DNA of 63,972 bases, the filler included, from Octopus bimaculoides (lineage: Eukaryota), in the NCBI RefSeq assembly GCF_001194135.2. It is 5 parts of 5 records of this genome, joined end to end, with 100 filler letters (N's around TTAATTAATTAA, not from the genome) between each part and the next. Parts side by side here need not be neighbours in the genome. Positions count along the whole stretch, not along the records: positions 1 to 24,106 come from NC_069002.1; 4 more parts are not named here. One strand, given 5' to 3'. Of this stretch, positions 1 to 13,120 are shown in pieces. The notes below the pieces were generated by a model. It was not told where the DNA came from. It saw only the letters and a list, made by a program, of their open reading frames with translations, and searched no databases. Position numbers and translations under genes: made by a program. Each line of letters starts with the position of its first letter. Position 1 is the first letter of the stretch.

Positions 1-290
1 GGAGGAGGAGGAGGAGGAGGTTACTGTTGTTGTTGTTGTGGTGGTGGAGGTGAATGGGGGTTGTAGCGGTGGTGTTGGTGGTAATGTTGGTGATGGTGCT
101 GGTGATGGTGATGGCAGCGGTAGTAGTAGTGGTGATGGTAGTGTATCTGTTGTTGTTGATGTTTTAGAAAAACAAGAAGCAGCAAGAGGAGGAGACGAAA
201 GAGAAGAAAAAAGGAAGAAAGAAAGAAAGAAAGAAAGAAAAAAGAAGAAGAAGAAGAAGAAGAAGAAGAAGAAGAAGAAGAAGAAGAAGA
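1..290. repeat. Compound trinucleotide microsatellite (GGA/GGT/TGT then AAG)
   Basis: Direct reading; long (AAG)n run at about 243-290. Confidence 0.95.
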
Positions 291-759
291 GACTGACCGA
301 CTAATATCATGCAACGGAAACATAAGAAACAACACAAGCCAAAACAAAAAAATAAACAATAATTCAAGAAAGAAACGAAACAAAGAAATCAGTTTGATGT
401 GTAAATAAATGAATTCCTTATTATTTCCAGTAATAAATAACCAAAAAACGAAATGAATATAAAGTTACATAGAATGATATGTAATGAAATCAATTGTGAA
501 ATGTCTGTTTAACTGTTGGAAACATGCCGGATATCATGCATTGATGAAGAACGAGGTTATACGAGTACAGGACAGATTGAATAAACATGGCGGACCCGCC
601 TCACTAATCAACTTCCTGCAAGGACGATCAATTAACTTCGATGGAGGGACACGAACAGAGATACCAGAAACAGAAATATAGAACAGAATCATCAACAACA
701 CGTGTAACACGAACAAAAGCAACCCATGTATGTCTGAATGTATACATATATCAATAAAT

Positions 760-761
760 AG

Positions 762-800
<39 letters not shown>

Positions 801-1330
801 AATTTTCTTGCAAAACAAGTACACAAAAGTATATATGTGTGTGTGTGTGTGTGTGAGTGTCTGTGAGTGTATGTACATATATGTATGTGTGTCTATGTAT
901 GTATATATATCTATGTATATATATATATATATGTATGTATGTATATATGTACGTATATATCTATGCATGTATATATGTGTGTGTATGTGCGCGCGCGTGT
1001 GTGCATGTAGGTATATATATGTATATATATATATGTATGTGTATATATATGTATGTGTATATATATATATATACACATACATATATATATATACATATAT
1101 ATATGCATATATATATGCATATATATATGCATATATATATATGCATATACGTACGTGCGTATATGCGTATGTATATTCAAATATACCTACATATGTACCT
1201 ATGTAGACATATATAGATATAGATATAGATATATGTCGAAATATAAATACACACATAGACACACATACACACACACATATATCTACATATCTATATACAC
1301 AATACATATCTACATAATATATACATACAT
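760..1330. repeat. (TA)n/(TG)n/(CA)n compound microsatellite block
   Basis: Direct reading; source of the YIYI/CVCV pseudo-ORFs. Confidence 0.95.
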
Positions 1331-1463
1331 AGCAATGATGCTGCCTGCGCTGCCGTATGCTTGACTGTAAGACTCCGATAAAATTCCGCTAATTCCAAAC
1401 CGTAAATAATGAGGCTAAAGAATTAAATGAGACAATACATGTTTTTAAATAAATACATACCTA

Positions 1464-1873
1464 TAGGCGCAGGAGTGGCTGGGTGGTAAGTAGCTTGCTT
1501 ACCAACCACTTGGTTCAGGGTTCAGTCCCACTGCATAGCACCTTATGATTGGGTCTTCTACTATAACCTCGGGCCGACCAGAGCCTTGTGAGTGGATTTA
1601 GTAGACAGAAATTGAAAGAAGCCTGCCGTTTATGTACATTTGTATATATGTTTGTGTGTCTGTGTTTATCCCCCCACCACTACCACCACTATCGCTTGAC
1701 AGTCGATGCTGGTGTGCTTACGTCCCCGTAAATTAGCGTAAATTAGGTTTAGCAAAAAGAGAATAATTACCAGGCTTACAGAAAATAAGTCCTGGAGTCG
1801 ATTTGCTCGACTAAAGGCAGTGCTCCAGCATGGCTGCAGTCAAATCACTGAAACAGATAAAAGAAGAAAAGAA
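1464..1873 (+). mobile_element. tRNA-derived SINE, family A (full length)
   Basis: A-box TGGCTGGGTGG (1476-1486), B-box GGTTCAGTCCC (1519-1529), internal TA/TG tract, tail GACTAAAGGCAGTGCTCCAGCATGGC..GAAACAG..AAAAGAA shared with copies at 6330, 14500, 62875 and 63705. Confidence 0.85.
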
Positions 1874-2650
1874 TATATTATTCCAGAAAAGATGAAACAC
1901 AAAGTTAATCTTGGCGAGATTTGAACTCAGAACACAAAAATTCCAAAACAACTTTAACGTAATTCTTTTGAATCACGTTAAAGGTACATGCATCTCCGTG
2001 GAATACTCAACCACGTCCCCGTTAATTCATTAGAGAAGAAATTCAATTGCGCGAGTAACTTTTTTCCAAAACAACCACATTTAAAAGGCTTGTCATTCTA
2101 AAACTGGAAACATCAGAGTTATAAAATTGAGGCTAAAGAATTAAATGAAACAATACGTCTATTGTATGACGATCACGGTTTCTTTACTGAGAATGTTTAC
2201 ATTATCAGACGTGGATCAAACATCTTTTAAGAAGATAAAATTATTTGAAATGCCATACAAAACGAATGATTACAATACATTCCAATATCTAAATGTATAT
2301 TTTATGTCTATAATGTACGTATATGTTTAAAATATAGCTTTGTGGAAATTCTGCGATAAGCTACATCGTAACTCTATAACCGTTAACTTCTATAATTTTT
2401 TGCAGGTTATCGATAATAATGGTGTGTGAGAGCGTGTGTGTCTGTGTCTGTGTGTGTCTGTTCGGCATGTAAGCATATATATATATATATATATACACTG
2501 TTTCCTTTTATTATGCAGGTCAATCATTCCTCAGTAAAATCCGATTTGCTTGAAATTTTTACGGGATATGTAGGATTATGTATTCCATGTCACGTGTACT
2601 TTTCGTCTTAATCGGTGTATATTTAAAGCAGAAATGAAGAAAACCACGTT

Positions 2651-3890
2651 TATAGGATGTTTCTTTTTATTGTGCAAGTTAACACATATAAACTATATGT
2701 AATGTGATTTCCATATAGAAAAATACATAACGAACAAAGCCATTAATATATATATACGCATATCTTCCACCATATAATCATATTTACAAACAATTATTTT
2801 ACATCTTTATATAAGCCTCCTTTACCATCCATAACTTTAAATATTCTCTTCACTGATTTTGTCAATTTCTCAACAATCTCACTTTTAATTTTATTTGCAG
2901 CAGTATTTATTGCTTCCCATAGTAAATCTTTGTTTGGATATTGTTTACGATTAGAATATACATCTTTTCTAATAACTGACGACAAATTCTCTATTGGATT
3001 TAGATCTGGAGATTGGCGGGGCGGGGTGCATTCTATTATCTTATGTTCTTTGAAACCTTTATTAGCTAAATGGTTAATAGTGAGTTTGGCAGAGTGTGAA
3101 GGGGCATTATCACGCGTAAATATGTTCTTTAACGTGAAACTTCGCGATGTTGACTGGAAGAAGTTGTCATCTAGAAACTTGTAATAATTTCCAGCATTTA
3201 TTTTGACTCCATCAGCAACCTTAAATGGACCTATAATGTCTCCTCCAACTAGACCAGCCCAAAACATGATTCCTTCACTACCCTGCTGTTTTCTGAATCG
3301 TGTTGGTTGACGTTTTCCGTGTAACACTCAGCCTCTTTGACCATCCATCTAATGTTGCTCTGCACTCGTCAGTAAGAATACATCTGTAAAGTCTGTCTTC
3401 ATATATCTTTTTGCTCATGTCTCTCTTTCTTCTTTGTGTGTTTTATTTAAAGGAGGCAAATTTGTAAAATTTATGACTTTGTCTATTTCTTTTAGCATTG
3501 TGCAACGTTCTTTTCCTTTCTATATTAGAGATTCCTGCTTTCTCAAAGATTTGCATTCTGGTTAATCCACTTTCCTTGTACATAATTCTTTTGAGTTTTC
3601 TCTCATCCCTATTTGTGATGTTCTTGAAACCCGTTTTCTTCCTTATTCTTACTTTCTCAATGTTTTGTACCTGTCTTTTTTTTTTGTTGTTCTGTGATTT
3701 CTATTTAGCTTTTTAGAAATGACAATTGTTGTATCCCCTTCTCTCTGTAGTTTCACTATTTCTTCCTTCTCCTTGGATGTTATATCTATATTTCGACCCA
3801 TTTCTATATTTCGTGTATCTGAAATTAAGAAACATTTCAAAATCACATATCACATGGGGGAAAGCAGATTCTTGTTAACTTGCATAATAT
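2651..3890 (-). mobile_element. Decayed Tc1-like DNA transposon, probably DD37E/TRT family
   Basis: 16/17-nt inverted repeat (TATTGTGCAAGTTAACA 2668-2684 vs 3873-3889) around a frameshifted transposase with TDECRATLDG, QQGSEGIMFWAG, DNAPSH and SPDLNPIENL motifs. Confidence 0.85.
2794..3801 (-). pseudogene. Tc1-like transposase pseudogene (frameshifts and stops)
   Basis: ATG at 3801 (MGRNIDITSKEKEEIVKL..NHRT); catalytic D (TDE, about 3370), D (DNAPSH) and E (NPIE). D-to-E spacing is 39 in this copy and 37 if the apparent 2-codon insertion in CTPPRQS is removed. Confidence 0.85.
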
Positions 3891-3914
3891 ACGGTTCAAC
3901 CTTACGTTTCGAGT

Positions 3915-4130
3915 GAAGCTGGCTAGGAGAAACAGCCAGTCGGATAATTCTTGTCTGTGCTTCAAAAGTGAGTCCTTGTTACACAGCTTTAGCGTAAATT
4001 TTGTGAATCAAGTTAAAGATACATGCGTCTCTGTGGAATACTCAGCTATGTCCACATTAATACAAATGATTGGTTGACTCAACCCTAGTAACGTCCAAAC
4101 CAATGATGGAGACCCTGCCGTTTATATATA
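3915..4130 (+). mobile_element. Degenerate repeat fragment (probable SINE 3' part); related piece at about 1970-2035
   Basis: GTTAAAGATACATGCGTCTCTGTGGAATACTCAGC (about 4010-4048) matches GTTAAAGGTACATGCATCTCCGTGGAATACTCAAC (about 1977-2010). Confidence 0.5.
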
Positions 4131-4381
4131 GTTTACAGTTCCATTATAGGTAGGATCAACAAAGAAAGTACTCCATCCAGTGAGATATGAATAACATTTC
4201 ATATGCACAAATACAAAAGAGCTATTAATAGTTTCGTGCTTTAGAATACACTAAATTGATAGATTTAGATAACATGCCATGTATCTCCATGCAATCTTTC
4301 AGGGGTCAGTTCATGGCGATAGATGTATTTTAAAAATATTAGAAAACAGAAGTAAGAACAAGTAGGTAAAACACGAAGGTC

Positions 4382-4382
<1 letters not shown>

Positions 4383-4418
<36 letters not shown>

Positions 4419-4451
4419 ACACACACATAAGCATGCATATATATATAAATG

Positions 4452-4521
<70 letters not shown>

Positions 4522-4600
4522 TATGTGTGTGTATGTATATGTATAGATATAAATACATATATATGTATATGTGAGTGTGTGTGTGTGCATGTGTTAGAGT
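4383..4600. repeat. (TA)n/(TG)n microsatellite
   Basis: Direct reading. Confidence 0.95.
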
Positions 4601-4852
4601 GTACAATTGTATGATATCCACAAGTTTTCAACAGCCAATTATTGCGTTTCTTATTTTAAAAAAATAAGTGAATGACCACCCTCCAAATGGAAAAGCCGCC
4701 ATACTTTATATTAATCACTGTGTTTTTTCTTTCTTATGTCGCTAGTAGGAGTGGAGTTCGGGATTGGTTAAAAAATGTGTCGAAGAAGTAAATATAAAGG
4801 TATCAGAGAGTGGTAACGTTGAATGATAAAGGAAAGAGTTGAAACTGGTATG

Positions 4853-4933
4853 GAAGAAGAAGAAGAAGAAGAAGAAGAAGAAGAAGAAGAAGAAGAAGAA
4901 GAAGAAGAAGAAGAAGAAGAAGAAGAAGAAGAA
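4853..4933. repeat. (GAA)n microsatellite
   Basis: Direct reading. Confidence 0.95.
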
Positions 4934-5699
4934 TGTGATAATGGGAATTTTTTTTTATTGTTGTTATCTCTTAAGAACAATTTAAAATGTCGTATACTTG
5001 TTTTTAGGAGGTTCTAAGGTCATAGTTTCCGGCATTTCTAAAGATAATCGAGTTTTTCGCATCAAATTTCAAATAACATAAATGTTTGCTGTGTTTCTTT
5101 TTATTCCTTTGATTTCTGATGATAATATTCATAGAAAATATATTCTGAATGGGAAAATATGTAATTGTATAACATGAATAATAGTAATTGCTTTCATTAT
5201 TAAATCTATTTTTTTTTATATTGAAAGAAGAAGTAGATAACCTACATGCGTCTTACAACCTAAGTGACCCGTGTACAAACATTATATTACAATTGATGGC
5301 GAAATATATTTTCGAAAGATTTCAATAAATAAAATACACTGCTTTTTTCCTTTTTCTTTCTGAAATTGATGATGATGATGATGATCATGGTTGCGTGGAG
5401 TTTAATAGAGGTTAAAGTTAACTTTCTACTGATTTGTGTGTCTCCAAATTTAACTTTACGAGAGATTGTTAAAGATTTATCACGCTACTTAGGTTTTGAG
5501 GCAAAATTTGAAAGTTTGTAATTGTTAATGAAATATTTCCAAACTTTTATTAATTTTTCAAAAATATGAATTTTAATACGATAATATATGATTCTTAAAA
5601 TTTAATTTCGAGCTCAAAGATAATGGCCTTATATGCAGAATTAAAAAGGAATATATTTAAAATGTGGTGTTAATAAATGAACGATCAAAAAAGAGAACT

Positions 5700-5880
5700 C
5701 AAGAGGAAAAATTTTTAACAAATAATATATTAGTTTAACGCTTTAGTGGAAAGAGAAAACTACTGAACGTTTTGGACATTAATCCTTCATCGGGGGAAAT
5801 AGACAAGCTTACAGGGAGTGAAAAAGGGAATTAGTCAGCGAGAGTGAGAGGGGGAAAGAGAAAGAAACAAACAATAAGTT
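5700..5880 (-). mobile_element. Short element with degenerate hammerhead motif
   Basis: Minus strand 5762-5797 reads CCGATGA-A-GGA-TTAATG-TCC-AAAAC-GTT, followed by AAGCGTTAAACTAATA as in the other copies. Confidence 0.5.
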
Positions 5881-6329
5881 AGAACCCAGGTGGGAGTGCT
5901 GTTAAATATTGGTATATATTTGTAATATATCTTTTATTATAAGTTATTTAAATATATTGATATCTTGACATTATTTGGGTACAAAATCAGTGTTTAATTT
6001 TCTGAGAGTGTTTTCATCTTATTCTTTATATACTACACGCCTTTTAATGTTTGTGTGTCGTAAGTTTATCTCAGTCTGATATGCGGTTTTCATAAGTGCG
6101 TGTGACGCTAAGAACCTTGCTTTGCAACCATCTGGTTTACAGCTCAGACTCAGGATCCTATAATAAAAAGATAATAACACTAAAAGATACTATTTGATAA
6201 GTCAAGAGTTTTTTTTTTCTCTTTAAGCTTTGCTAAGATCTTTTCAACATTGAAGATACAGCGAGACATTCGCACAAGAAACAGAGCAACGTCCTTTAGC
6301 CCAACTTCAAATATTTACTAACATGTACA

Positions 6330-6748
6330 AAGCGTAGGATATGTGGAAAGGAGTTTACATCTCAACAACATGATTCCGGGTTTAGTCCCACTGCGTGACA
6401 CCTTGGGCAAGAGTCTTCTACTATAGCCTCGGACCGACCAAAGCCTTGTTAATGGATTCGGTAGACGAAAACTGAAAGCCCGTCGTATGCATGTGTGTGT
6501 TTTATGCGTATGTGTGTATGTGTGTGTGACTTTGTGTCTGTGTTTGTTTCCCACTGCCACTTGACAACCTGTGTGGGTGTGTTTACGTCCCTGTATCCTA
6601 GCAATTCAGCAACAAGAGACCGATCGAGTAAGTAGCAGGCTTTAACAAAACAAGTCCCGGGGTCGATTCGTTCGACTAAAATTCTTCAAGGTGGTGCCTC
6701 AGCATCACCACACTCTAAGGACTGAAACGAGTAAAAAATAAAAGATAG
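6330..6748 (+). mobile_element. tRNA-derived SINE, family A
   Basis: GGGTTTAGTCCCACTGCGTGACACCTTGGGCAAG head, internal TG tract, tail CGACTAAA..GGTGCCTCAGCATC..GACTGAAACGAGTAAAA. Confidence 0.8.
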
Positions 6749-7270
6749 ATACAAAATGCGCACGCAAAAGTTGCTAGTATCTGAGTTTACACCCAACAAG
6801 AAGACACAGACATATAGATGCATGTAACGGTCAACAAAAGTTTCGAATTTAAACACAACAGAATCTAAATCATTGTATATCAGAAATAGAGCATATTTAT
6901 GCCTCCAGAGTCTTATGAATTATTTCGCAGACAAAGTAAATATGATTTCCTAACCAATATAATTCACATAATTTTCCTTACGCTGTATTTTGTAATAATG
7001 TAATCATTCACGCATAAAATCTATTATATTTACAAATTATCTGAATTATATAATTGTAAAATAAATATTCGTTACACACAGTGTGATGCCAAAGAAAACG
7101 GACGGTGATCCTTCTTCCGTTCAGTAGACACTATCAGCACAAAAGTTGCCCGTTGATATATGCGTGTGCGTGTGTGTGTGTGTGTGTGCGTGTGTGTGTG
7201 ACACATTTATATGTATGTATCATATAGTATTTATAATAAATGTCTATTATTATGTATACATATATATCTA

Positions 7271-7320
<50 letters not shown>

Positions 7321-8120
7321 NNNNNNNNNNNNNNNNNNNNNNNNNNNNNNNNNNNNNNNNNNNNNNNNNNNNNNNNNNNNNNNNNNNNNNNNNNNNNNNN
7401 NNNNNNNNNNNNNNNNNNNNNNNNNNNNNNNNNNNNNNNNNNNNNNNNNNNNNNNNNNNNNNNNNNNNNNNNNNNNNNNNNNNNNNNNNNNNNNNNNNNN
7501 NNNNNNNNNNNNNNNNNNNNNNNNNNNNNNNNNNNNNNNNNNNNNNNNNNNNNNNNNNNNNNNNNNNNNNNNNNNNNNNNNNNNNNNNNNNNNNNNNNNN
7601 NNNNNNNNNNNNNNNNNNNNNNNNNNNNNNNNNNNNNNNNNNNNNNNNNNNNNNNNNNNNNNNNNNNNNNNNNNNNNNATATATATATATATATACACAC
7701 AGTGAGAGGATTTGTCATATAGTTTATATTAGTTCTCCAGACGTATTACACTTATCCAACCATTCCAAATCTAATGATATATCTTATGTATACATTATAC
7801 ACAATAAAAATAAATGGACGTCCGTCGCTTTCGACGGTTAGTTTTTCAGTAATTCAGTGTAAATGTTAGAGTGTTACACAAACAAATTTCAATGAACATG
7901 TTCTGTTTGCGCATGACATTCAATACAGCTCACATTGATTATATAAATTTATGCCGCAAGTACATTTGAGTTAATAATTCTTTATTTTCGCTGCATTAAT
8001 TATACTAATTGTATTGGTAAAAAATTATTAGCAGCTAACTTTTTTCTCTGTAAAACTCTGTCAGACATGGTTAGACTACACTAAGCTGGTGAGATTTAAC
8101 ATACCATAATATATCTATAG

Positions 8121-8527
8121 TTCGTCCTAAACCAGGATTGCCATGTTATGTTGGCAAACAATCTTTACTCTAGAGTACTTTGACTGAATATTTCTCGTTG
8201 AGAGATTTACAAATAGTAATTTTCTATTTTATAAATCAGTGACAGTTGTCACTTTGAAAACTATATTATATTTCGAGCAGGAATTTGGCAGCGCCACTTC
8301 TAACCGAACAATTATTCTGTGCTGATGAAAGGAAATAACCCGCAAATCGCGATACACAGATATTGCTTTGAGCTGAGTGGGGGTGCTAAATGCCCTTATT
8401 CGAAAATATAAGGACACAGATCGTGTCGTATAGTCAGCTGGAAACGATGCCTTCTGGGGTTAAATTACAGCAACATTCGTCCTAAACTAGGACTGCCATG
8501 TTATGTTGGCAAACAATCTTTACTCTA
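8121..8527. repeat. 52-bp direct repeat pair (8121-8172, 8476-8527) around a 303-bp unique segment
   Basis: TTCGTCCTAAAC(C/T)AGGA(T/C)TGCCATGTTATGTTGGCAAACAATCTTTACTCTA, 50/52 identical. Confidence 0.9.
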
Positions 8528-8755
8528 TATCTATAGTTGTCTCCCTTGCCTGTAAACAAAAATCAGTCTTCGTTCCTCGTTAAGTGTAAATTACTTTTCC
8601 AGAAGTCATTCTCGATTTTTTGAAATCATCTCCCCTTGTCATTAAGTTTCGCCAACAATTGCCAGTAGGTGGGGACTTTGTTTCATCTCTGAAAAGGTAA
8701 CAATTTAATGTGTGCAGAATTCACAACCTTTGCTTTCATTTTATTTCATTATCCA

Positions 8756-8965
8756 AAGGCGGTTAACTGGGAGAATCGTTACCGTGTAAACATTTCGTCC
8801 GGCCTTAAGTTCTAAGTTCAAATCTCACCGTGGTCAAGTATGCCTTTTCTTCCTCCGGAGTCGATAAAAGTTACCGTTTGAGCATTGGCGTTAATGAGGT
8901 CGATACAATCGACTAATCCCTTCCAAGGAAAATTCCACTCTTTGTGCCTACAGTAGAAATGATTA
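8756..8965 (+). mobile_element. tRNA-derived SINE, family B (degenerate)
   Basis: AAGGCGG..CTGGGAGAATCGTTA head, AAGTTCAAAT B-box-like motif, CCTTTTCTTCCTCCGGAGTCGATAAA central domain. Confidence 0.7.
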
Positions 8966-9139
8966 TTTCATTATCCAGCTTCATACCATTAATCCTTTCC
9001 AGCTATTTCATTATATTTTCAAGTCGGTTAATTTAGGCGGCAGTTTGGCATAGACCGAAACATGTCCCTTGTCTGCAATCAAAATTCACATTTTTTCCTT
9101 AAACTTGTCAATTAAGCTTGAGAAATATAATTGAAAATA

Positions 9140-9335
9140 TGCAATTAGTACGCCAGACAAATGTTTAGCAGCATTTCTCCTAACTTTACGTTCTGAGTTC
9201 AAATGCTGCAGAGGTCGACTTTACCTTTCATCTTTTTTCGGAGTCGATAAAATGAGTACCAGTCAGGTAATCGGCTTTCCCCACTCCTTAAAAAATTGCT
9301 GGCCTTGTAAAAAATATTAATAGGAATCATATTAT
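9140..9335 (+). mobile_element. SINE family B (5'-eroded)
   Basis: TTCTGAGTTCAAAT..GAGGTCGACTTTACCTTTCATC..CGGAGTCGATAAAATGAGTACCAG. Confidence 0.75.
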
Positions 9336-9489
9336 TTTGGAGTTATCTCCCCTGTTTTTTGCCAAGCACCAACAGTTGCCGTTAGATTTTCGGTGGTGCT
9401 TGTTTTTTCTAACGAGGGACCAAATCTATATTACTTCAGTGAAGTTAGTGCAGTATTCAGTATAACATTCTTTAAGTTCACAGTTCCTC

Positions 9490-9735
9490 AGACATTTCTA
9501 TATCTAGCGTGATCAGTCCAATGGCATGTAACAAGGTTGGCCGTTTCAATTCCTGGCACCATCCAGCCGACAGATTTGCAAACAGTTTCCATCTACATGC
9601 TTTCACTAACAGAGTTTGGGTCAGACCAAGGCATTGGTATACGGTATTCGTTTGAGATCACATAGAGACGGAGGTCGGTCCCACGACCTTTTGATTGCGA
9701 AGTGAACGTCGTAACCACTAGGCTACGCCGTTGAA
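9490..9735 (-). mobile_element. Degenerate tRNA-headed SINE
   Basis: Minus strand begins GGCGTAGCCTAGTGGTTACGACGTTC.. and continues with a body resembling the family A CCTCGGGCCGACCAAAGCCTTGTGAGTGG..GATGGAAACTG segment. Confidence 0.55.
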
Positions 9736-10111
9736 CCCAAAAAGTCACTAAAATGTAAGCTTAAAGACTTAAGGAACTTTACTCCTATTTATATTCCTCT
9801 AAATCATTCTGACGATGTTTGTTAAATTGAACGAGATGAATGCAATTTTACCTCGATTTGATAAACAGAAACAGCTGTAAATGGTTCTGAACTACAATTA
9901 AACTATAACTTTTTTAATACCAATGATCAATGATTATTGGTCCATTTCTTTTCTTTTCCATATATATATTAAACCATGGTTTTACCCTTAAATTACTAAC
10001 TCTTGTATATCTTATAGCTAGGACTATATATAATGAGGTAATACGCCACTAGTGTTTACGGATACATTTATCACTTAGATGGTTGCATAACCTCTAACTC
10101 ATATTTTGCTT

Positions 10112-10147
<36 letters not shown>

Positions 10148-10525
10148 TAGGTGGTAAAATTGCGAATTAGCCACCCATATTATTTATAATTTTCACTTCT
10201 ACCGTTTATGAAATCAGCGTATGATTTCAACGGAAATCTTATAAGCTGACAAGGCGAGGCGAGTTTAATTCTAAGCGCAGTGAGAGCCATTGATGAACGT
10301 TAAGGTGCGTTAAGCATCAGAATGTAAAATCCTCGTTGAACTGGCCCTATCTGCGACTGTAGGGAGATTTGTCTCCCTTGTCAGTTCATTAAAATAGTGC
10401 TTTTGTGGCTATTGAGTTATTTTGACTCTTATTTCTAGCAATACTGGGGCTGATAAGTGCCCTTGTTCACTTTGGGGAGCTATATATTTCTGCCTTGAGG
10501 TTGTAAAATTGTGAATTAGCCACCC

Positions 10526-10566
<41 letters not shown>

Positions 10567-11679
10567 GTGAGCTTAATTTTATTCGTCCTTAGTCGAAAGA
10601 TATCTGCTGTTATGTNNNNNNNNNNNNNNNNNNNNNNNNNNNNNNNNNNNNNNNNNNNNNNNNNNNNNNNNNNNNNNNNNNNNNNNNNNNNNNNNNNNNN
10701 NNNNNNNNNNNNNNNNNNNNNNNNNNNNNNNNNNNNNNNNNNNNNNNNNNNNNNNNNNNNNNNNNNNNNNNNNNNNNNNNNNNNNNNNNNNNNNNNNNNN
10801 NNNNNNNNNNNNNNNNNNNNNNNNNNNNNNNNNNNNNNNNNNNNNNNNNNNNNNNNNNNNNNNNNNNNNNNNNNNNNNNNNNNNNNNNNNNNNNNNNNNN
10901 NNNNNNNNNNNNNNNNNNNNNNNNNNNNNNNNNNNNNNNNNNNNNNNNNATATACGCACATACACACACATACACACACACATACATACAGATATGAATA
11001 CATACATATGTATATATGTAAGCATATATTTATATACACAGATATTGAGACAGACGCAAACAGACAGGCAGATGGGCAGACAGACAGGCAGACAGGCAGA
11101 CAGGCAGGCAGGCAGACAGGCAGGCAGACAGACAGGAAGGCAGACAGACAGACGAATAGGTTGGGGGCAGAAGAAAGTGTAACAGAAAGAAATGCATTTA
11201 TGGTTGCGTGTGAGACACACACGTTCATTTCATGTTTTATTGGTGTCAATCACAAGAGTGTGAGCACACTGGCATAGCGTTCTCGAGGGTTTAGTCGATG
11301 ATATCGATTCCAGCACCTCATTTATTGATTGTCAGTATTTTAACCGACATCTGAAGGATAGAATGATGACTAGAGTCGAATGCAATTTCAGTGAGAAATA
11401 AAGTAAGAGAAACAAATGTTACAAGATATTGTAACCATTTCAATAGATTCAACACTTTACTTAGATATTTCTGTGTAATACTTCCGATAAATATGTCATA
11501 AAATTATTTTATTTGCAGCAGTGATCCCGCGAGAAATATTTATTCTTTTAATTAACGATAGACAACAGATTTATTGGATAATCCGAAAGTTAATATAGGT
11601 TATATTATTCCTACATCTTTCAAACTTCCTCTCATACGCCTTACATTATCGCATACAGGCCTTCCACTCGTCTTTCTTC

Positions 11680-11730
11680 ATATACATACATACATGCATA
11701 CGTACAAACAGATAGACTGATAGATAGATT

Positions 11731-11799
<69 letters not shown>

Positions 11800-11800
11800 G

Positions 11801-11836
<36 letters not shown>

Positions 11837-12680
11837 TATACGTGCATTCGTACATACATATATACGTGCATACGCGCATACGTACATACATATATGCGCA
11901 CGCATGTACACATGCACATACACGCACACAAACGCACATACACATACGCACACACACATACACACACGTACATACACATACATACACGCACTAATACATG
12001 TACGCACATATACCTCCAACACACAATGCACACACAGACACGCACACACGCATACACAAATTCATATACACACATATACATACACACTATATATACATAC
12101 ACGCACACACACATACACATACGCATACACATATAAATACATACACACACACGCACCCACACACGCGTATGAACGCACACACACCTAACACTCACAACCC
12201 CACGCATACACGTATACACACCTGCATACCCACACACATACACGTACACACAACTACACGCACATACACATACACACGTACAGGCACGCGCAAAAATACG
12301 CACTTATACCCACTACACAACCCCTCGTTCATACACACATGCACAAACACACATACAGACGCACACACACATGCACACACACAAAATACACACGCACATA
12401 CAAACACATGTACACACGCACATACACTCACACGCACACACACATATACCCACGCACGCACATATAAGCACACACACGCACACACACAGAGTAAAGTATA
12501 ATTATTCTACAGACACAACCTCACGCGCACACACATACCCACACGTACATACATATACATACATACCCACACGTACACACATATACATACATACATATAC
12601 ACACATATATACATACACACACGCAGACTGGAAACAAAACACACAAACAATACATATATATATATACGCGCACACACATA
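11680..12680. repeat. About 1 kb (TA)n/(CA)n/(CATA)n low-complexity block
   Basis: Direct reading. Confidence 0.95.
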
Positions 12681-12729
12681 CTTCAAACTACCAGTACCTT
12701 TCCACTAACCATTCTCCTACGCACATGTG

Positions 12730-12787
12730 TAGGTAGACACGCAACAGGTAGACGCGCAACAGGTAGACACGCAACAGGTAGACACTC
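12730..12787. repeat. 15-bp minisatellite (AGGTAGACACGCAAC), about 3.5 copies
   Basis: Direct reading. Confidence 0.85.
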
Positions 12788-13081
12788 CTACCAAAATTCT
12801 TACTATAAATTCTTCCTATGACATTAAATGATACTATGTCCAACCACACACATACATAAACAGCGACAATTACACACACACACACACACATACACATACA
12901 CACACACACACACACGTGTTATAATTACACACACACACACACACACATACTTCTCTTGCACTCTCCTGTCTTTGAAAAGAACGTTTTCTCCACCCTTTCC
13001 CTTCCGGTCATTCCAATATGTGACCGCGTGTGCATTGTTGGCGATTTTCTTTCTCTGTCTTCCTTTCTTTGGACTTTTCCT

Positions 13082-13120
13082 GTATTTCTGACGAAGAGCT
13101 CCGCTCGAAACGTTAAATCC
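13082..13120 (+). ncRNA. Minimal type-I hammerhead ribozyme motif in a short repeat (about 13030-13230)
   Basis: GTATTT-CTGACGA-A-GAGC-TCC-GCTC-GAAAC-GTT-AAATCC: intact core, 4-bp stem II, 5/6 stem I, self-complementary AACGTT in place of stem III. Confidence 0.7.

Noticed and set aside
534-1364. Long ORFs rich in YI/CV/HT dipeptides (also about 4265-4631, 11641-12736, 38514-46602)
   Set aside because: Translations of (TA)n/(CA)n/(TG)n microsatellites, which lack stops in several frames.
1411-2156. 28-bp direct repeat (1411-1438, 2129-2156) around a SINE
   Set aside because: Not adjacent to the SINE ends, so not a TSD; more likely two fragments of one dispersed repeat.
12730-12787. Short regular repeats (15-bp here; 13-bp at about 58425; 10-bp at about 62385) checked for CRISPR-like structure
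   Set aside because: Contiguous tandem units with no unique spacers, in a eukaryotic context with no cas genes.
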